Counted from the first letter of the stretch, positions 9,042 to 19,210 are shown. The stretch is 64,000 nt of DNA from Rickettsiales bacterium (GCA_044356525.1 JBIKVZ010000002.1:322612-386611); one strand, 5' to 3'. The notes: generated from the letters alone by a model not told the origin. Numbers and translations: made by a program.

Positions 9042-12000
9042 ATGAATGAAGAAAAGCGAAAACCAAAGCGGCGGCATATTGTCACCCGCATACTGTCTAT
9101 TTTCCTTTTCGCCGCGCTGGTGAATTTTATCGGCTTTCTAACGTGGGTGTATTTAAAACCGCGTTCTATCCCTTATCTTTCCGTGCAGGTTGAAGCGGCT
9201 TTTGAAGCCAGCGGTTCTGGCTATAAAGCCACCGTAGGCAACACGGTGCTACAGTGGGATGGCTGGCGTGAACCGGTGGGTATCCACCTTTACAGCTTCC
9301 GTATCGCGGAGGCGGCTGGCAAAGAAGTTGCCTCATTCCCTGATGTTAAAATCAGCCTTAAACTCACGCGGCTTTTATTTGGCGACATCACGTTAAAAGA
9401 TGCGCGGCTCATTGGCCCTTCGCTCCGCATTAAGGTCGCGCCGTCTGAAAAACTGGAAACCACCGAGGCAGCGCCATCTTCCTATGTGCAGATGCAAACA
9501 TCGGTGGCTGAGCTCGTAAAAACGGCAGCAGTGGTGTTGCGGCAAGTGCCGGTGCAGAACATTGGTTTTGAGCGTGCGCGGCTTATCATCGATAACGGCA
9601 CGCAGGAAAATGTGTGGGAAATCCCCAAGGCGAATATCGCTATTACGCCCGAAAAAGATGGTGTGGATATTCTGGCGAACATCGACGTCGACTTCTGGGG
9701 TGAGAAGGTGAAGCTTGAAGCCGAGGGTGGCGTGTATGAAACAAGCGAATCTACCTTACGCTTCCGCGTGAAAGATTTTATTGCTGAAATGATGTCTGAC
9801 ATCATACCTGCTGAAAAATGGATACGCAAATTGGGCGCAAACTTTAGTGGCGAGGTGGTGCTGAACCTGCATCCCGCAGAGGGCATCAAAAAAGCCAGCC
9901 TTGATATGCGTATGGATTCCGATGTGATGCGCTTTTTTGCCCAAGGCTCTATCCAAAATCATAAAAATTATAAGAACAATGCTGCGGTGCCTGAGTTAAA
10001 AGCGCATGTGGAATTGGCGAACATGCCTTATGACCAGCTCAAGCGCTTCTGGCCACCAGGTGTGGGAGTAGACCCGCGCGAGTGGATGCTTGCCAGTCTT
10101 TCCGGCGGAACGATTAAAAGCGCGAAGGCCGATATTCACATGCGGCCGGATGACTTCCTCGCACCGTTGCCCGATAAATCAGCGGTGGATGCTGAGGTGG
10201 TATTTTCCGGCATCCGTGTGATGTATTTGGAAACATTGCCTGTTGTTGAAAATGCGGAAGGTGTGGCGAAGTTTGATGGCAATTCGATGACGCTAAATGC
10301 TACGGGCGGCACCATGCCCAGTTCACGTGTGGTGAATACCACGGTGCGTATTTATCATATCGGGCGTGGGGATGAAGAAATTGAGATTGATGGCGTAACC
10401 GAAGGTGGCGTGGCAGACCTACTGCCCTTCTTCATGCTGCAAAAAGCCACCAGCAAGAAGCCTCTGGAAGTAGCGGGCATGACGGGCACGCACCAAACGG
10501 ACTACCACTTTAAATTCCCACTGCTGAAAGATTTGCTGGTGTCGCAAATCAATTACTACGCGACTTCTAAAATGCAGAACATCACGATCCCCGCCGTTAA
10601 CAAAGGCGTGGATTTAACAGACGGTAGCCTGACCCTAAGTGTGGATAATGTGAACCTGTCTGTGGGTGGTGATGCCAAGCTCGGCGGCGTGCCGATTGCG
10701 CTCAATTATTATGAGCAGAGTGGTGAGAAAGCTGAGTTTGACAGTCGTTATGACGTGCGCTTTAAGGCCGATGGCACCGAGATGGCAGCGATGGGTATGC
10801 CGCTCGCGCAATATGTGAAGTCCGGCAAAGTGGACGCAAAGGCCATCCTTACCAATAAGGGCGAACATACGCTGATACAGGTGGAAGCCGATGCCACGCT
10901 TGCCCAAATCAGCGTGCCTGAAATTGGGTTTGAAAAACCAGTGGGTGAAGATGCGGCCATCTTCTTCAAGGGCGATGAAACCGCCACCGCCCTGCAGATT
11001 GAAGAAGCGATGCTCACAGGCAAATTTATCAAACTTAAAGTAAAAGGTGAGATTGATACGGCAAGCAGCTTCCCACGCAGCCTCGATATTTCAGAGGCAA
11101 AATTTGGCCGCAATGATTTCAGTGCAAATCTTTCCACTGCCGAAGCGAATAAATACCGCCTGTTGGTGATGGGCAAAAGTTTAAACCTTGGCCCCGCTAT
11201 CGAGCATTACATGGCGCAGACGGATTCCAAGCCACGCGAGTTCGGCGTGTTGGTGGAAAGCAAGCTGGAGCAGCTAGCGCTCGCAGGCGGTAACATTCTT
11301 AAAAACGTAAACGGCTTTATCGATTGCGGCATAAAAGTGTGCAGCAGCGCCGCTATCAGCGGCACATGGGAAGATGGCAGCGGAACCGCCAGCCTCGATT
11401 ACAAAAAAGAAAATGGCGAGCGTGTGATGGAGCTGAAGTCTGATAACGCTGGCGCGCTCCTTGCGGGACTTGCATTCACGAATCATATCCGCGAAGGCAA
11501 GCTTGAAACCACCGCGCGCACGGATGACAAAAACGAGGCCGCGCTTTCAAAAGGTAAATTTAACATGAAAGATTTTCGCGTGGTGAAAGCGCCCGTGTTG
11601 GCACAACTGCTTTCCGTGGGCTCGCTCACCGGCATGGCGGATTTGCTCGGCGGGCAGGGCATCGTGTTTGATAAAGCGGATGGTGAATATACGTACGACG
11701 GCAAGGTGCTGAGTATCCAAGGGTTGAAGGCGGCGGGTAACGCCATCGGCCTAACGGCAGAGGGTGAAACCAACACGCACACAGGGCAGGTGTTGTTGCG
11801 CGGTGATGTAGTGCCTGCCTTCATGGTGAACCGCATGCTGGGTAACGTGCTTGGCAACGTGCCTGTGGTCGGCACGATTGTTACGGGTGGTGGCGGGCAG
11901 GGTGTGGTGGCTACGCGCTATAAACTTTCCGGCACGTTCGAAAAGCCCGAGATTCAGGTGAACCCATTAAGCATGCTTACACCCGGATTTTTGCGTAATG

Positions 12001-12119
12001 TGTGGGGTCTGCCGGAAGATACAAAATTGCCAGAGGAAAAAGCTGTGCCACAAAAGCCTGCTGATAAAAAGCCTGCGGAAGAAAAGCCAAAAGAAAAAGT
12101 CGGCAAAAAGGCGGAGTAA
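9042..12119 (+). CDS. AsmA/YhdP-like large envelope protein (DUF3971-type)
   Basis: 1025-aa ORF with an N-terminal membrane anchor (ILSIFLFAALVNFIGFLTWVY), a long beta-rich body and a Lys/Pro/Glu-rich tail. The layout matches AsmA-like/YhdP family proteins. This is a family-level call only. Confidence 0.55.
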   Translation: MNEEKRKPKRRHIVTRILSIFLFAALVNFIGFLTWVYLKPRSIPYLSVQVEAAFEASGSGYKATVGNTVLQWDGWREPVGIHLYSFRIAEAAGKEVASFPDVKISLKLTRLLFGDITLKDARLIGPSLRIKVAPSEKLETTEAAPSSYVQMQTSVAELVKTAAVVLRQVPVQNIGFERARLIIDNGTQENVWEIPKANIAITPEKDGVDILANIDVDFWGEKVKLEAEGGVYETSESTLRFRVKDFIAEMMSDIIPAEKWIRKLGANFSGEVVLNLHPAEGIKKASLDMRMDSDVMRFFAQGSIQNHKNYKNNAAVPELKAHVELANMPYDQLKRFWPPGVGVDPREWMLASLSGGTIKSAKADIHMRPDDFLAPLPDKSAVDAEVVFSGIRVMYLETLPVVENAEGVAKFDGNSMTLNATGGTMPSSRVVNTTVRIYHIGRGDEEIEIDGVTEGGVADLLPFFMLQKATSKKPLEVAGMTGTHQTDYHFKFPLLKDLLVSQINYYATSKMQNITIPAVNKGVDLTDGSLTLSVDNVNLSVGGDAKLGGVPIALNYYEQSGEKAEFDSRYDVRFKADGTEMAAMGMPLAQYVKSGKVDAKAILTNKGEHTLIQVEADATLAQISVPEIGFEKPVGEDAAIFFKGDETATALQIEEAMLTGKFIKLKVKGEIDTASSFPRSLDISEAKFGRNDFSANLSTAEANKYRLLVMGKSLNLGPAIEHYMAQTDSKPREFGVLVESKLEQLALAGGNILKNVNGFIDCGIKVCSSAAISGTWEDGSGTASLDYKKENGERVMELKSDNAGALLAGLAFTNHIREGKLETTARTDDKNEAALSKGKFNMKDFRVVKAPVLAQLLSVGSLTGMADLLGGQGIVFDKADGEYTYDGKVLSIQGLKAAGNAIGLTAEGETNTHTGQVLLRGDVVPAFMVNRMLGNVLGNVPVVGTIVTGGGGQGVVATRYKLSGTFEKPEIQVNPLSMLTPGFLRNVWGLPEDTKLPEEKAVPQKPADKKPAEEKPKEKVGKKAE

Positions 12120-13523
12120 TTAAACAGCCTTCACCAGCACGTGGTTTTTCTTGCCCTTGGAAAGCTTGATGCCTTCGCCCTTCACGTCTGCGAGCGTCAC
12201 CTTATACTTCTCGTCTTTAATCTGTTCGCCATTAATATAGGCCGCGCCTTGCTGCACCTGTTTGCGCGCTTCGCCTTTTGATGTGGCGAGCTTGGCATCA
12301 AACAGCAACGCAAACAATTCCACGCCTTCTTTCAGCTTGCTGCTTGGCACTTCAAACACGGGCAGTTCACCACCCACACCGCCTTGTTCGAAGGTTTTGC
12401 GTGCAGTTTCTTCGGCGGCTTTGGCGGCGGCTTCGCCATGCGCCAGCTTGGTCGCTTCGTTGGCGAGTACGATTTTCGCTTTGTTGATATCCGCCCCCTG
12501 CAAGGCTTTCAGCGCGGTAATTTCAGCATCCGAAAGTTCGGTGAAGAAGCTTAAAAAGCGACCAACATCACCATCTTCCGTGTTGCGCCAGAACTGCCAG
12601 TAATCATACGGGCTGGTCATATCCGCATTCAGCCACACGGCTCCGGCTGATGTTTTGCCCATCTTGCTGCCGCTGGATGTTGTGATAAGCGGCGTCGTGA
12701 GGCCGAAGAGGTGATTATTGTTTATATGAGGGGCAACTACATCTTTTATGTAGCCTACAAGTATCTTGTGGTTTTCTCCCGAGATCTCTTGCGCACTTGT
12801 ATCAATTTCCAAATCCCTCTTTTTCTTTGAAGTCATTCTGTCATGAGTGTGGCAAACCCATAAATCAAGCCCATTAATAATATTTGCCCACTGGTCGCTG
12901 CCACCAATTTGCAAGCGGCACTGGTATTTTTTGTTCAGTTCCACGAAGTCATAGGCTTGCAGAATCATGTAATTGAATTCAAGGAAGCTGAGGTGCTGTT
13001 CACGCTCCAAGCGCAGTTTCACGCTATCCATGCTCATCATGCGGTTCACTGAAAAATGGCGACCATAGTCGCGGAGGAATTTGATATACTTTAAGCCATC
13101 CAGCCAGTCAGCATTATTCACCATGAAGGCTTTGTTCGATTTTGCGTCAAAGCTGTTTTCAAACTCGATGAATTTGGAGAAGACGGTTTTAATGCCGTCC
13201 ATATTTTTCTGGATGCCGGCATCATCCAGCAGTTTGCGGCTTTCGTCCTTGCCGCTGGGGTCGCCCACTTTGGTGGTGCCGCCGCCCATAAGCACAATCG
13301 GCTTATGCCCGTTTTTTTGTAGCCAGCGCAGCGCCATAATTTGCAGCAGGCTGCCCACGTGCAAACTGGGGGCGGTACAGTCAAACCCAATGTAGGCAGG
13401 CACAGGCGTTTGCTGTTTCAGCAGCGCGTCTAGCCCAGCATCATCCGTGCACTGGTGGATGAATCCACGTGCGGAAAGTGCCTTCAGGAAGGGTGACTCA
13501 AAATTAGGCATATTGTTCTGCAA
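12120..13523 (-). CDS. tyrS: Tyrosine--tRNA ligase, carrying an extra internal segment
   Basis: 467-aa ORF with a HIGH-like PSLHVGSLL, then LQIGGSDQWANI, a KMSKS-like KMGKT and a C-terminal S4-like domain. It is about 45-50 aa longer than typical bacterial TyrS because of an insert between GGSDQW and FGLT (see findings). Confidence 0.9.
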   Translation of the reverse strand: MQNNMPNFESPFLKALSARGFIHQCTDDAGLDALLKQQTPVPAYIGFDCTAPSLHVGSLLQIMALRWLQKNGHKPIVLMGGGTTKVGDPSGKDESRKLLDDAGIQKNMDGIKTVFSKFIEFENSFDAKSNKAFMVNNADWLDGLKYIKFLRDYGRHFSVNRMMSMDSVKLRLEREQHLSFLEFNYMILQAYDFVELNKKYQCRLQIGGSDQWANIINGLDLWVCHTHDRMTSKKKRDLEIDTSAQEISGENHKILVGYIKDVVAPHINNNHLFGLTTPLITTSSGSKMGKTSAGAVWLNADMTSPYDYWQFWRNTEDGDVGRFLSFFTELSDAEITALKALQGADINKAKIVLANEATKLAHGEAAAKAAEETARKTFEQGGVGGELPVFEVPSSKLKEGVELFALLFDAKLATSKGEARKQVQQGAAYINGEQIKDEKYKVTLADVKGEGIKLSKGKKNHVLVKAV

Positions 13524-13541
13524 AAATTTTCGCTAATTTTC

Positions 13542-13550
13542 TGTTATAAT
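13542..13550 (+). promoter_or_regulatory. Extended -10-like element (TGTTATAAT) in the tyrS/anmK divergent region
   Basis: TGnTATAAT match read directly at 13542-13550, about 85 nt upstream of the anmK start. I did not find a convincing -35 element. Confidence 0.3.
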
Positions 13551-13635
13551 CGTAAAAATGCGCCTATAATAAGCACTTATAAGCGCCCATGGCGCGAAAA
13601 ACTAACATGTTCACACAGGCAGGTCTAGAAAGAAA

Positions 13636-14772
13636 ATGCCTTCGATGCTGACAGCACTCGGCCTGATGAGCGGCACCTCGCTGGATGGGATTGACGCCGC
13701 GATTATCCGCACGGATGGTGAGCGCGTAGAGCTGACCGAACATTGTTTAGGTGTGCCGTATACCGATGAACTCCGCGCCAAAATGCGCAGCTGCTTTGGT
13801 GGCAAAAACAAAGATGCAATTCCTGACATTGAACGCGAGATGACCGTGGCGCATGCTGACGCGGTGAAAGAGTTGATCAAGCGTTCCGGCTTTTCTCCGC
13901 GGCAGATTGATGTGATCGGCTTTCACGGCCAAACCATTCAACACCGCCCCGAAGAAGGCACCACATGGCAGATTGGCGACGGCGCGCTTCTTGCGCAACT
14001 TACGGGCATTAACGTGGTGAATGACTTCCGCTCGGCGGATATGCGGGCAGGCGGGCAGGGCGCGCCGCTCGTGCCGCTGTTCCATGCGGCGTTAATGAGT
14101 GAAGTCGAAAAACCGGTGGCTGTTTTGAATATCGGCGGTGTGGCGAACGTAACGTATGTCGGCAAGGCCGAGAAAAATTCTGAGCCTTACATTCTCGCAT
14201 TTGATACCGGCCCCGGCGGTGCATTGCTGGATGATTGGATGCTGCAACACACGGGCAAGCGCTTCGATGAAGGTGGTCGCACGGCGCAGTCAGGCCGCAT
14301 CAATGGTGAAATTCTAGAGGCGTTGCTCGAAGATCCGTTCTTCAATCAGCAGCCGCCCAAGTCGCTCGACAGGGACAGATTCAAACAAAATTTCATGCGC
14401 CATATTGAGGGCGAAAGCAATATTGGCCGCCTTTCGGTGGAGGACGGCGCAGCCACTCTCGCGGCCTTCACGGCGCGCGCGGTGTATCATGGCTGTAAGT
14501 ATTTTCCTGAAAAGCCGAAGCGTTGGTACGTGACCGGCGGCAGCCGCTTTAATCAGGTGATTATGGCAAAGCTGAAGGAATATCTACCCGGTGAGGTGGA
14601 TGCGATTGAAGTGCTCGCCTTGAATGGGGACGCGCTTGAAGCGCAGGCATTTGCCTTTTTGGCTGTTCGTTCTTTGAATAAAATGCCGCTTTCGCTGCCC
14701 ACCACAACCGGTGTTAGCCGTGCGGTAACTGGCGGCGCCTTCTATCAGGCTTTACACGCGGACGCCGTATAA
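13636..14772 (+). CDS. anmK: Anhydro-N-acetylmuramic acid kinase
   Basis: 378-aa ORF with the N-terminal GLMSGTSLDGIDAA motif and AnmK-like length. Confidence 0.9.
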   Translation: MPSMLTALGLMSGTSLDGIDAAIIRTDGERVELTEHCLGVPYTDELRAKMRSCFGGKNKDAIPDIEREMTVAHADAVKELIKRSGFSPRQIDVIGFHGQTIQHRPEEGTTWQIGDGALLAQLTGINVVNDFRSADMRAGGQGAPLVPLFHAALMSEVEKPVAVLNIGGVANVTYVGKAEKNSEPYILAFDTGPGGALLDDWMLQHTGKRFDEGGRTAQSGRINGEILEALLEDPFFNQQPPKSLDRDRFKQNFMRHIEGESNIGRLSVEDGAATLAAFTARAVYHGCKYFPEKPKRWYVTGGSRFNQVIMAKLKEYLPGEVDAIEVLALNGDALEAQAFAFLAVRSLNKMPLSLPTTTGVSRAVTGGAFYQALHADAV

Positions 14773-15412
14773 ACTTATCAATGTTCTCATTGATATAGTC
14801 ATCGCACGCCGTGTTCATCTCATCCAGCTTATCGCGGAAGAAGTGGTCGGCACCGCGCACCACTTTATAATCCACGTTGATGCTTTTCTGCGCACCCAGC
14901 TTTTTCGAGAACTGCGCGACGCTTTCTTCCGGCACGATACTGTCTTGGTCACCCTGCACAATCAGGCCAGAGGCCGGGCAAGGGGAAAGGAACGAAAAGT
15001 CATACAGGTTGGTTGGCGGGGCAACTACCAGGAAGCTGTCGAGTTCAGGGCGGCGCATCAACAGCTGCATGGAAATCCACGAGCCAAACGAAAAGCCACC
15101 AATCCAGAAGGTGCTGGCGTCTTGGTTTTGCATTTGCAGCCAGTCGAGCGCGGCGGCGGCATCGGTCAGTTCACCGATACCATTGTCAAACTGGCCTTGT
15201 GAGCGGCCTACGCCGCGGAAATTGAAGCGAAGCACCGAAAAACCGTTCTTCACGAACATGTGGAACAGGTTATACACCACCTTATTGTTCATGGTGCCAC
15301 CGTGTTTCGGGTGGGGGTGCAGAATCAATGCTGCGGGGGCATTTTTATGCGGGCTTTGGTGGTAGCGGGCTTCTAAGCGGCCTTCAGAGCCGGTAATGAT
15401 AATCTCGGGCAT
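14714..15412 (-). CDS. Alpha/beta hydrolase (COG2945-like)
   Basis: ORF contains HPHPKHGGTMNNKVV and the nucleophile elbow GFSFGS. I prefer ATG at 15412 (an AAGGTGAG Shine-Dalgarno lies about 8 nt upstream) over the TTG at 15430 used by the track. Its 3' end overlaps anmK convergently. Confidence 0.65.
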   Translation of the reverse strand: MPEIIITGSEGRLEARYHQSPHKNAPAALILHPHPKHGGTMNNKVVYNLFHMFVKNGFSVLRFNFRGVGRSQGQFDNGIGELTDAAAALDWLQMQNQDASTFWIGGFSFGSWISMQLLMRRPELDSFLVVAPPTNLYDFSFLSPCPASGLIVQGDQDSIVPEESVAQFSKKLGAQKSINVDYKVVRGADHFFRDKLDEMNTACDDYINENIDKFIRRPRVKPDRRRRQLPHG

Positions 15413-15470
15413 GAATAAACTCACCTTCAAGATGGTTTAAAAAGTCAACATATTCAATATCTTAATAAAG

Positions 15471-15495
15471 ATACTTGACTAAAATACTTGGTAAT
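15471..15495 (+). promoter_or_regulatory. IscR (Rrf2) type-1-like operator overlapping a TTGACT -35-like hexamer
   Basis: ATACTTGACTAAAATACTTGGTAAT matches about 21 of 25 positions of my recollection of the E. coli type-1 IscR motif ATASYYGACTRWWWYAGTCRRSTAT. It lies about 100 nt upstream of cysE-iscR. Confidence 0.4.
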
Positions 15496-15525
15496 TGTAC
15501 ACACACCGCTATGGGAATAGTTTCA

Positions 15526-15572
15526 TGGGGGTGCTCTGTACAGCGAGCGGCATTTTATAGCCATCACCCCCA
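15526..15572 (+). promoter_or_regulatory. Stable stem-loop in the cysE/isc leader
   Basis: A perfect 8-bp GC-rich stem, TGGGGGTG (15526-15533) pairing with CACCCCCA (15565-15572), with a loop of about 31 nt. It ends about 24 nt before the cysE start. Confidence 0.3.
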
Positions 15573-15595
15573 CGGATGTAAAGGAAATTCTGGTT

Positions 15596-16315
15596 TTGAA
15601 GATGTTTAAGCGACTGTTAGAAGAGATTGATTCCTTCTTTGACCGCGACCCAGCGGCAAAATCTCGCATTGAGGTCGTGCTGTGCTATCCCGGTTTTCAC
15701 GCGGTATTGATCTACCGTGTGTCGCACCGTTTGTGGCAGTGGCGCTGGAAATTAGTGGCACGCGTGCTTTCACAGTTTGCACGCTTTATCACAGGTGTTG
15801 AAATTCACCCAGGGGCTAAAATCGGTCGACGCTTCTTTATTGACCACGGCATGGGAGTGGTGATTGGCGAAACCGCGAAAATCGGTAACGACGTGACTAT
15901 TTATCACGGCGTCACGCTGGGTGGTGTGGCTCCGGGTAATGAAAAGAAGGGCGCGCTGCGCCATCCGCAAATTGGTAATAACGTGATTGTTGGCTCCGGT
16001 GCGCAGTTGCTCGGCCCCATTAAAGTGGGCGATGGTGCGCGCATTGGCTCAAACGCGGTGGTGGTTCGCGACGTCGCCAAGAACGCCACCATGGTGGGGA
16101 TTCCTGCCCGCGAAGTGGTGAAAAAATCCAAGAAGTCAGAAGACAAAGAGTTTGCGGCCTATGGCACGGCGGCAGAAAGCGGCGTGGATTCACGCCAGCT
16201 TGCGATCGACAACCTCATCAAGCAGGTTGAAACGCTGACCAAGAAAATGAAAACGCTTGAATCCAATGAAGACGATATCGAACACACAGCTAACAAATGG
16301 GAGAAGCGCTCATGA
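15596..16315 (+). CDS. cysE: Serine O-acetyltransferase
   Basis: 239-aa ORF with left-handed beta-helix hexapeptide repeats ([41 protein letters not shown]). It has a long charged C-terminal tail. The stop overlaps the iscR start (ATGA). Confidence 0.85.
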   Translation: MKMFKRLLEEIDSFFDRDPAAKSRIEVVLCYPGFHAVLIYRVSHRLWQWRWKLVARVLSQFARFITGVEIHPGAKIGRRFFIDHGMGVVIGETAKIGNDVTIYHGVTLGGVAPGNEKKGALRHPQIGNNVIVGSGAQLLGPIKVGDGARIGSNAVVVRDVAKNATMVGIPAREVVKKSKKSEDKEFAAYGTAAESGVDSRQLAIDNLIKQVETLTKKMKTLESNEDDIEHTANKWEKRS

Positions 16316-16821
16316 TGCTAACAACCAAAGGACGTTACGCAGTAATGGCGATGGTGGATTTAGCCACGCATAGCGGCGAAAAGCCCGTGGTGCTGGCGGA
16401 TATCGCCGAGCGTCAGGAAATTGCGCTCACCTACTTAGAGCAAATTTTCTCCCGTCTGAAAAAAGATGGCCTCGTAAAAGCATTCCGCGGTCCGGGTGGC
16501 GGTTACATGCTGACCCGCACGCCAGCAGAAACCTTTATTTCTGAAATCATCGTGGCGGTGGATGAGCCGATTAAAATGACGCGCTGTAACCATAATCCCG
16601 GCAAAGGCTGCCTCTCCACCAAAGTACGCTGCCTTACGCATGATTTGTGGGATGGTCTCGGCAATCAGATATTCGCTTACCTGCGTTCTGTGTCGCTGGA
16701 AGACGTATGCCAGCGCCGTGTGAAAGATAAGCAAATCATCGGGCTGGAAAACATAGCAGCTACCAATGGTGGCGCCGCGGTGCATGGCAATTCCTGCTTC
16801 ACGCAGCGGGTACAGGCATAG
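16312..16821 (+). CDS. iscR: Rrf2-family Fe-S cluster regulator IscR
   Basis: [18 protein letters not shown] is a winged-helix N-terminus, and [19 protein letters not shown] is a Cys/His cluster-ligand region. The start is trimmed to ATG 16312, which overlaps the cysE stop. Confidence 0.85.
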   Translation: MMLTTKGRYAVMAMVDLATHSGEKPVVLADIAERQEIALTYLEQIFSRLKKDGLVKAFRGPGGGYMLTRTPAETFISEIIVAVDEPIKMTRCNHNPGKGCLSTKVRCLTHDLWDGLGNQIFAYLRSVSLEDVCQRRVKDKQIIGLENIAATNGGAAVHGNSCFTQRVQA

Positions 16822-16832
16822 AGTTACAGGCA

Positions 16833-17969
16833 ATGAAAAACCAAACTGCCATATACTTAGATTACAACGCCACCGCACCCGTCAGGCCGGAAGTGGCGCA
16901 GGCTGTTGCGCAAGCCATGCAGTTGCCGAGCAATCCATCTTCGGTGCATGGGTTTGGCCGTGCGGCGCATAAGATAGTAGAAGATGCCCGCGCCAGTGTG
17001 CGCACGTTAGTGGGTGCTAGCGATGCCTACCATATTATCTTTACCTCCAGCGGCACCGAGGCGAACAACCTCGCTCTGCAAGGCTTTGGTAAACAGGTCG
17101 TGCGTATCGTGTCTGCGGTGGAACATGCCAGTGTGCTGAAGGCCTATGGCCAGTCTATCGTTTGCCCGGTCGATGAAAAAGGCATTATCCGCCTTGATGC
17201 GCTGCGTCGCCTGCTCGAAGATAATGCCGGCAGCAAGGCATTGGTTTCTGTGCAGCTTGCGAATAACGAAACCGGCATCCTTCAGCCGATTCAGGAAGTG
17301 GCACAGCTTGTATACGCTCATGGTGGTTATGTGCATTGCGATACCGTTCAGGGCTTTGGTAAATTGCCTGTTGATATTCAGGCGCTGAATGTGGATATGC
17401 TCACGGTCTCCGCTCATAAATTTGGCGGAGCACTGGGTGCTGCTGCGCTGGTAGTGAAAAAAGGTGTGCCGCTGCAGGCTGTCACATTCGGTGGCGGTCA
17501 GGAGTTTGGTTTCCGTGCGGGCACTGAAAATGTTCCGGCGATTGCAGGCTTTGGCGTTGCCGCTGCATTAGCTTCGCAGCAGGTAACTGCGATGGCAAAA
17601 ATTGCCGCGCTGCGTGACGCGCTAGAAGCTGAGATTTTAAGCGCTGCTTCTGATGCTGCCATCATCGGCCGCGACGTTGCCCGCCTACCGAACACCAGCA
17701 GCATTTCCATGCCAGGCATGCATAACGAAACGCAGCTTATCGCGTTTGATTTAGAAAACATTGCCGTTAGTGCAGGCTCTGCCTGTTCGTCTGGCAAGGT
17801 GGAAGTATCGCACGTACTGCGCGCTATGGGTGTTCCGGCGGAGACGGCTTCTTCAGTGATACGCGTCAGCATTGGTGCTAACACAACGGAAAACGACGTC
17901 GCGGCTTTTATCGCGGCGTGGAAAAAGATTTATACAAAAGCTAATAACAAAAAGCCGAAGGCGGCTTAA
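16833..17969 (+). CDS. Class-V aminotransferase / NifS-like cysteine desulfurase
   Basis: 378-aa ORF with YLDYNATAP..., the SAHKFGG PLP-lysine motif and the SAGSACSSG active-site Cys loop. Confidence 0.85.
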   Translation: MKNQTAIYLDYNATAPVRPEVAQAVAQAMQLPSNPSSVHGFGRAAHKIVEDARASVRTLVGASDAYHIIFTSSGTEANNLALQGFGKQVVRIVSAVEHASVLKAYGQSIVCPVDEKGIIRLDALRRLLEDNAGSKALVSVQLANNETGILQPIQEVAQLVYAHGGYVHCDTVQGFGKLPVDIQALNVDMLTVSAHKFGGALGAAALVVKKGVPLQAVTFGGGQEFGFRAGTENVPAIAGFGVAAALASQQVTAMAKIAALRDALEAEILSAASDAAIIGRDVARLPNTSSISMPGMHNETQLIAFDLENIAVSAGSACSSGKVEVSHVLRAMGVPAETASSVIRVSIGANTTENDVAAFIAAWKKIYTKANNKKPKAA

Positions 17970-17980
17970 AGAGGGTGATA

Positions 17981-19210
17981 ATGTCAAACACGAACATGAA
18001 ATTGCCAGTGTATCTAGACTATCAGGCGACCACGCCGATGGATCCGCGCGTGCTCGAAGCCATGATGCCATATTTCACCACCAAGTTCGGCAACCCACAC
18101 TCGCGCAGCCACAGCTATGGCTGGGAAGCGGAAGAGGCGGTAGAAAAAGCACGTGAGCAGGTGGCTTCGCTCATTAAAGCGAATCCGAAGGAAATCATCT
18201 TTACATCCGGCGCGACGGAATCCAATAACCTTGCCATTCAGGGTGCGGCGCATTTTTATAAGGATAAGAAAAACCACATCATCACCGTGGTCACCGAGCA
18301 CAAATGCGTGCTCGACACCTGCCGTCACTTGGAAGTGGAAGAAGGCTTTAAAGTCACGTATCTGCCCGTGCAAAAAAACGGCCTGCTTGATTTGGAAGTG
18401 CTAAAAAAAGCCATCACCGACAAAACGCTGCTCGTCTCTGTTATGGCGGTGAATAACGAAATCGGCGTGATTCAGCCGTTAAAAGAAATTGGTAAAATTT
18501 GCCGCGAGCATGGGGTGTTTTTCCACACGGATGCTGCGCAGGCGTTTGGTAAAATTCCGCTCGATGTCGAAGAAATGAACATCGACCTGATGAGCATCTC
18601 TGGTCACAAAATTTATGGCCCAAGGGGTGTGGGCGCGCTGTTTGTGCGTCGTCGTCCGCGCGTGCGCTTAAACCCCATCATTAAAGGTGGTGGGCAGGAA
18701 CGTGGCTTCCGCTCTGGCACCTTGCCGACCCCGCTGGTGGTTGGTTTTGGCGAAGCCGCACACATCGCTCAGCAAGAAATGAAGTCAGAAAATGAACGTA
18801 TCCACGCGCTCAGCGAAAAATTTTATAACGCCATCACCAAGGCGATTCCGGAAGTGTATTTAAATGGTGATAAAGAGCACCGCATTCCGGGCAATCTGAA
18901 TTTAAGCTTCGCCTATGTGGAAGGTGAATCGATGATTATGGCGATTCGTGACCTTGCGGTTTCCAGCGGCTCGGCGTGCACGTCAGCCAGCCTTGAGCCT
19001 TCTTATGTGCTGCGCGCACTGGGTGTAACTGAAGACATGGCGCACACTTCGATCCGCTTTGGTTTTGGCCGCTTTACCACGGAAGCAGAAATTGATTATG
19101 CCGTGAGCGTTGTGAAGAACAATGTGCAGCGACTGCGTGAAATGAGCCCGCTGTGGGAAATGGTGCAGGAAGGCATCGACATCTCAAAAATTGAGTGGGT
19201 GGGGCATTAA
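17981..19210 (+). CDS. iscS: Cysteine desulfurase IscS
   Basis: Contains [45 protein letters not shown] and the C-terminal SPLWEM motif. Start is placed at ATG 17981, about 6 nt after an AGAGGG Shine-Dalgarno. Confidence 0.9.
   Translation: MSNTNMKLPVYLDYQATTPMDPRVLEAMMPYFTTKFGNPHSRSHSYGWEAEEAVEKAREQVASLIKANPKEIIFTSGATESNNLAIQGAAHFYKDKKNHIITVVTEHKCVLDTCRHLEVEEGFKVTYLPVQKNGLLDLEVLKKAITDKTLLVSVMAVNNEIGVIQPLKEIGKICREHGVFFHTDAAQAFGKIPLDVEEMNIDLMSISGHKIYGPRGVGALFVRRRPRVRLNPIIKGGGQERGFRSGTLPTPLVVGFGEAAHIAQQEMKSENERIHALSEKFYNAITKAIPEVYLNGDKEHRIPGNLNLSFAYVEGESMIMAIRDLAVSSGSACTSASLEPSYVLRALGVTEDMAHTSIRFGFGRFTTEAEIDYAVSVVKNNVQRLREMSPLWEMVQEGIDISKIEWVGH

Noticed and set aside
12709-12860. Possibility that the tyrS insert is an intein.
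   Set aside because: It is far too short (about 50 aa) and lacks the splicing blocks. There is no C-terminal HN followed by Cys/Ser/Thr, since the junction reads NNNH-LFG. It is kept only as an unexplained insertion.
14714-14772. Convergent 59-nt overlap of anmK and the alpha/beta hydrolase. Also zero-spacer convergent ends at 12119/12120 (AsmA-like/tyrS) and overlapping stops at 47004-47007.
   Set aside because: This reflects compact gene packing without terminators, which appears to be a general trait of this sequence. There is no additional signal in the overlaps.
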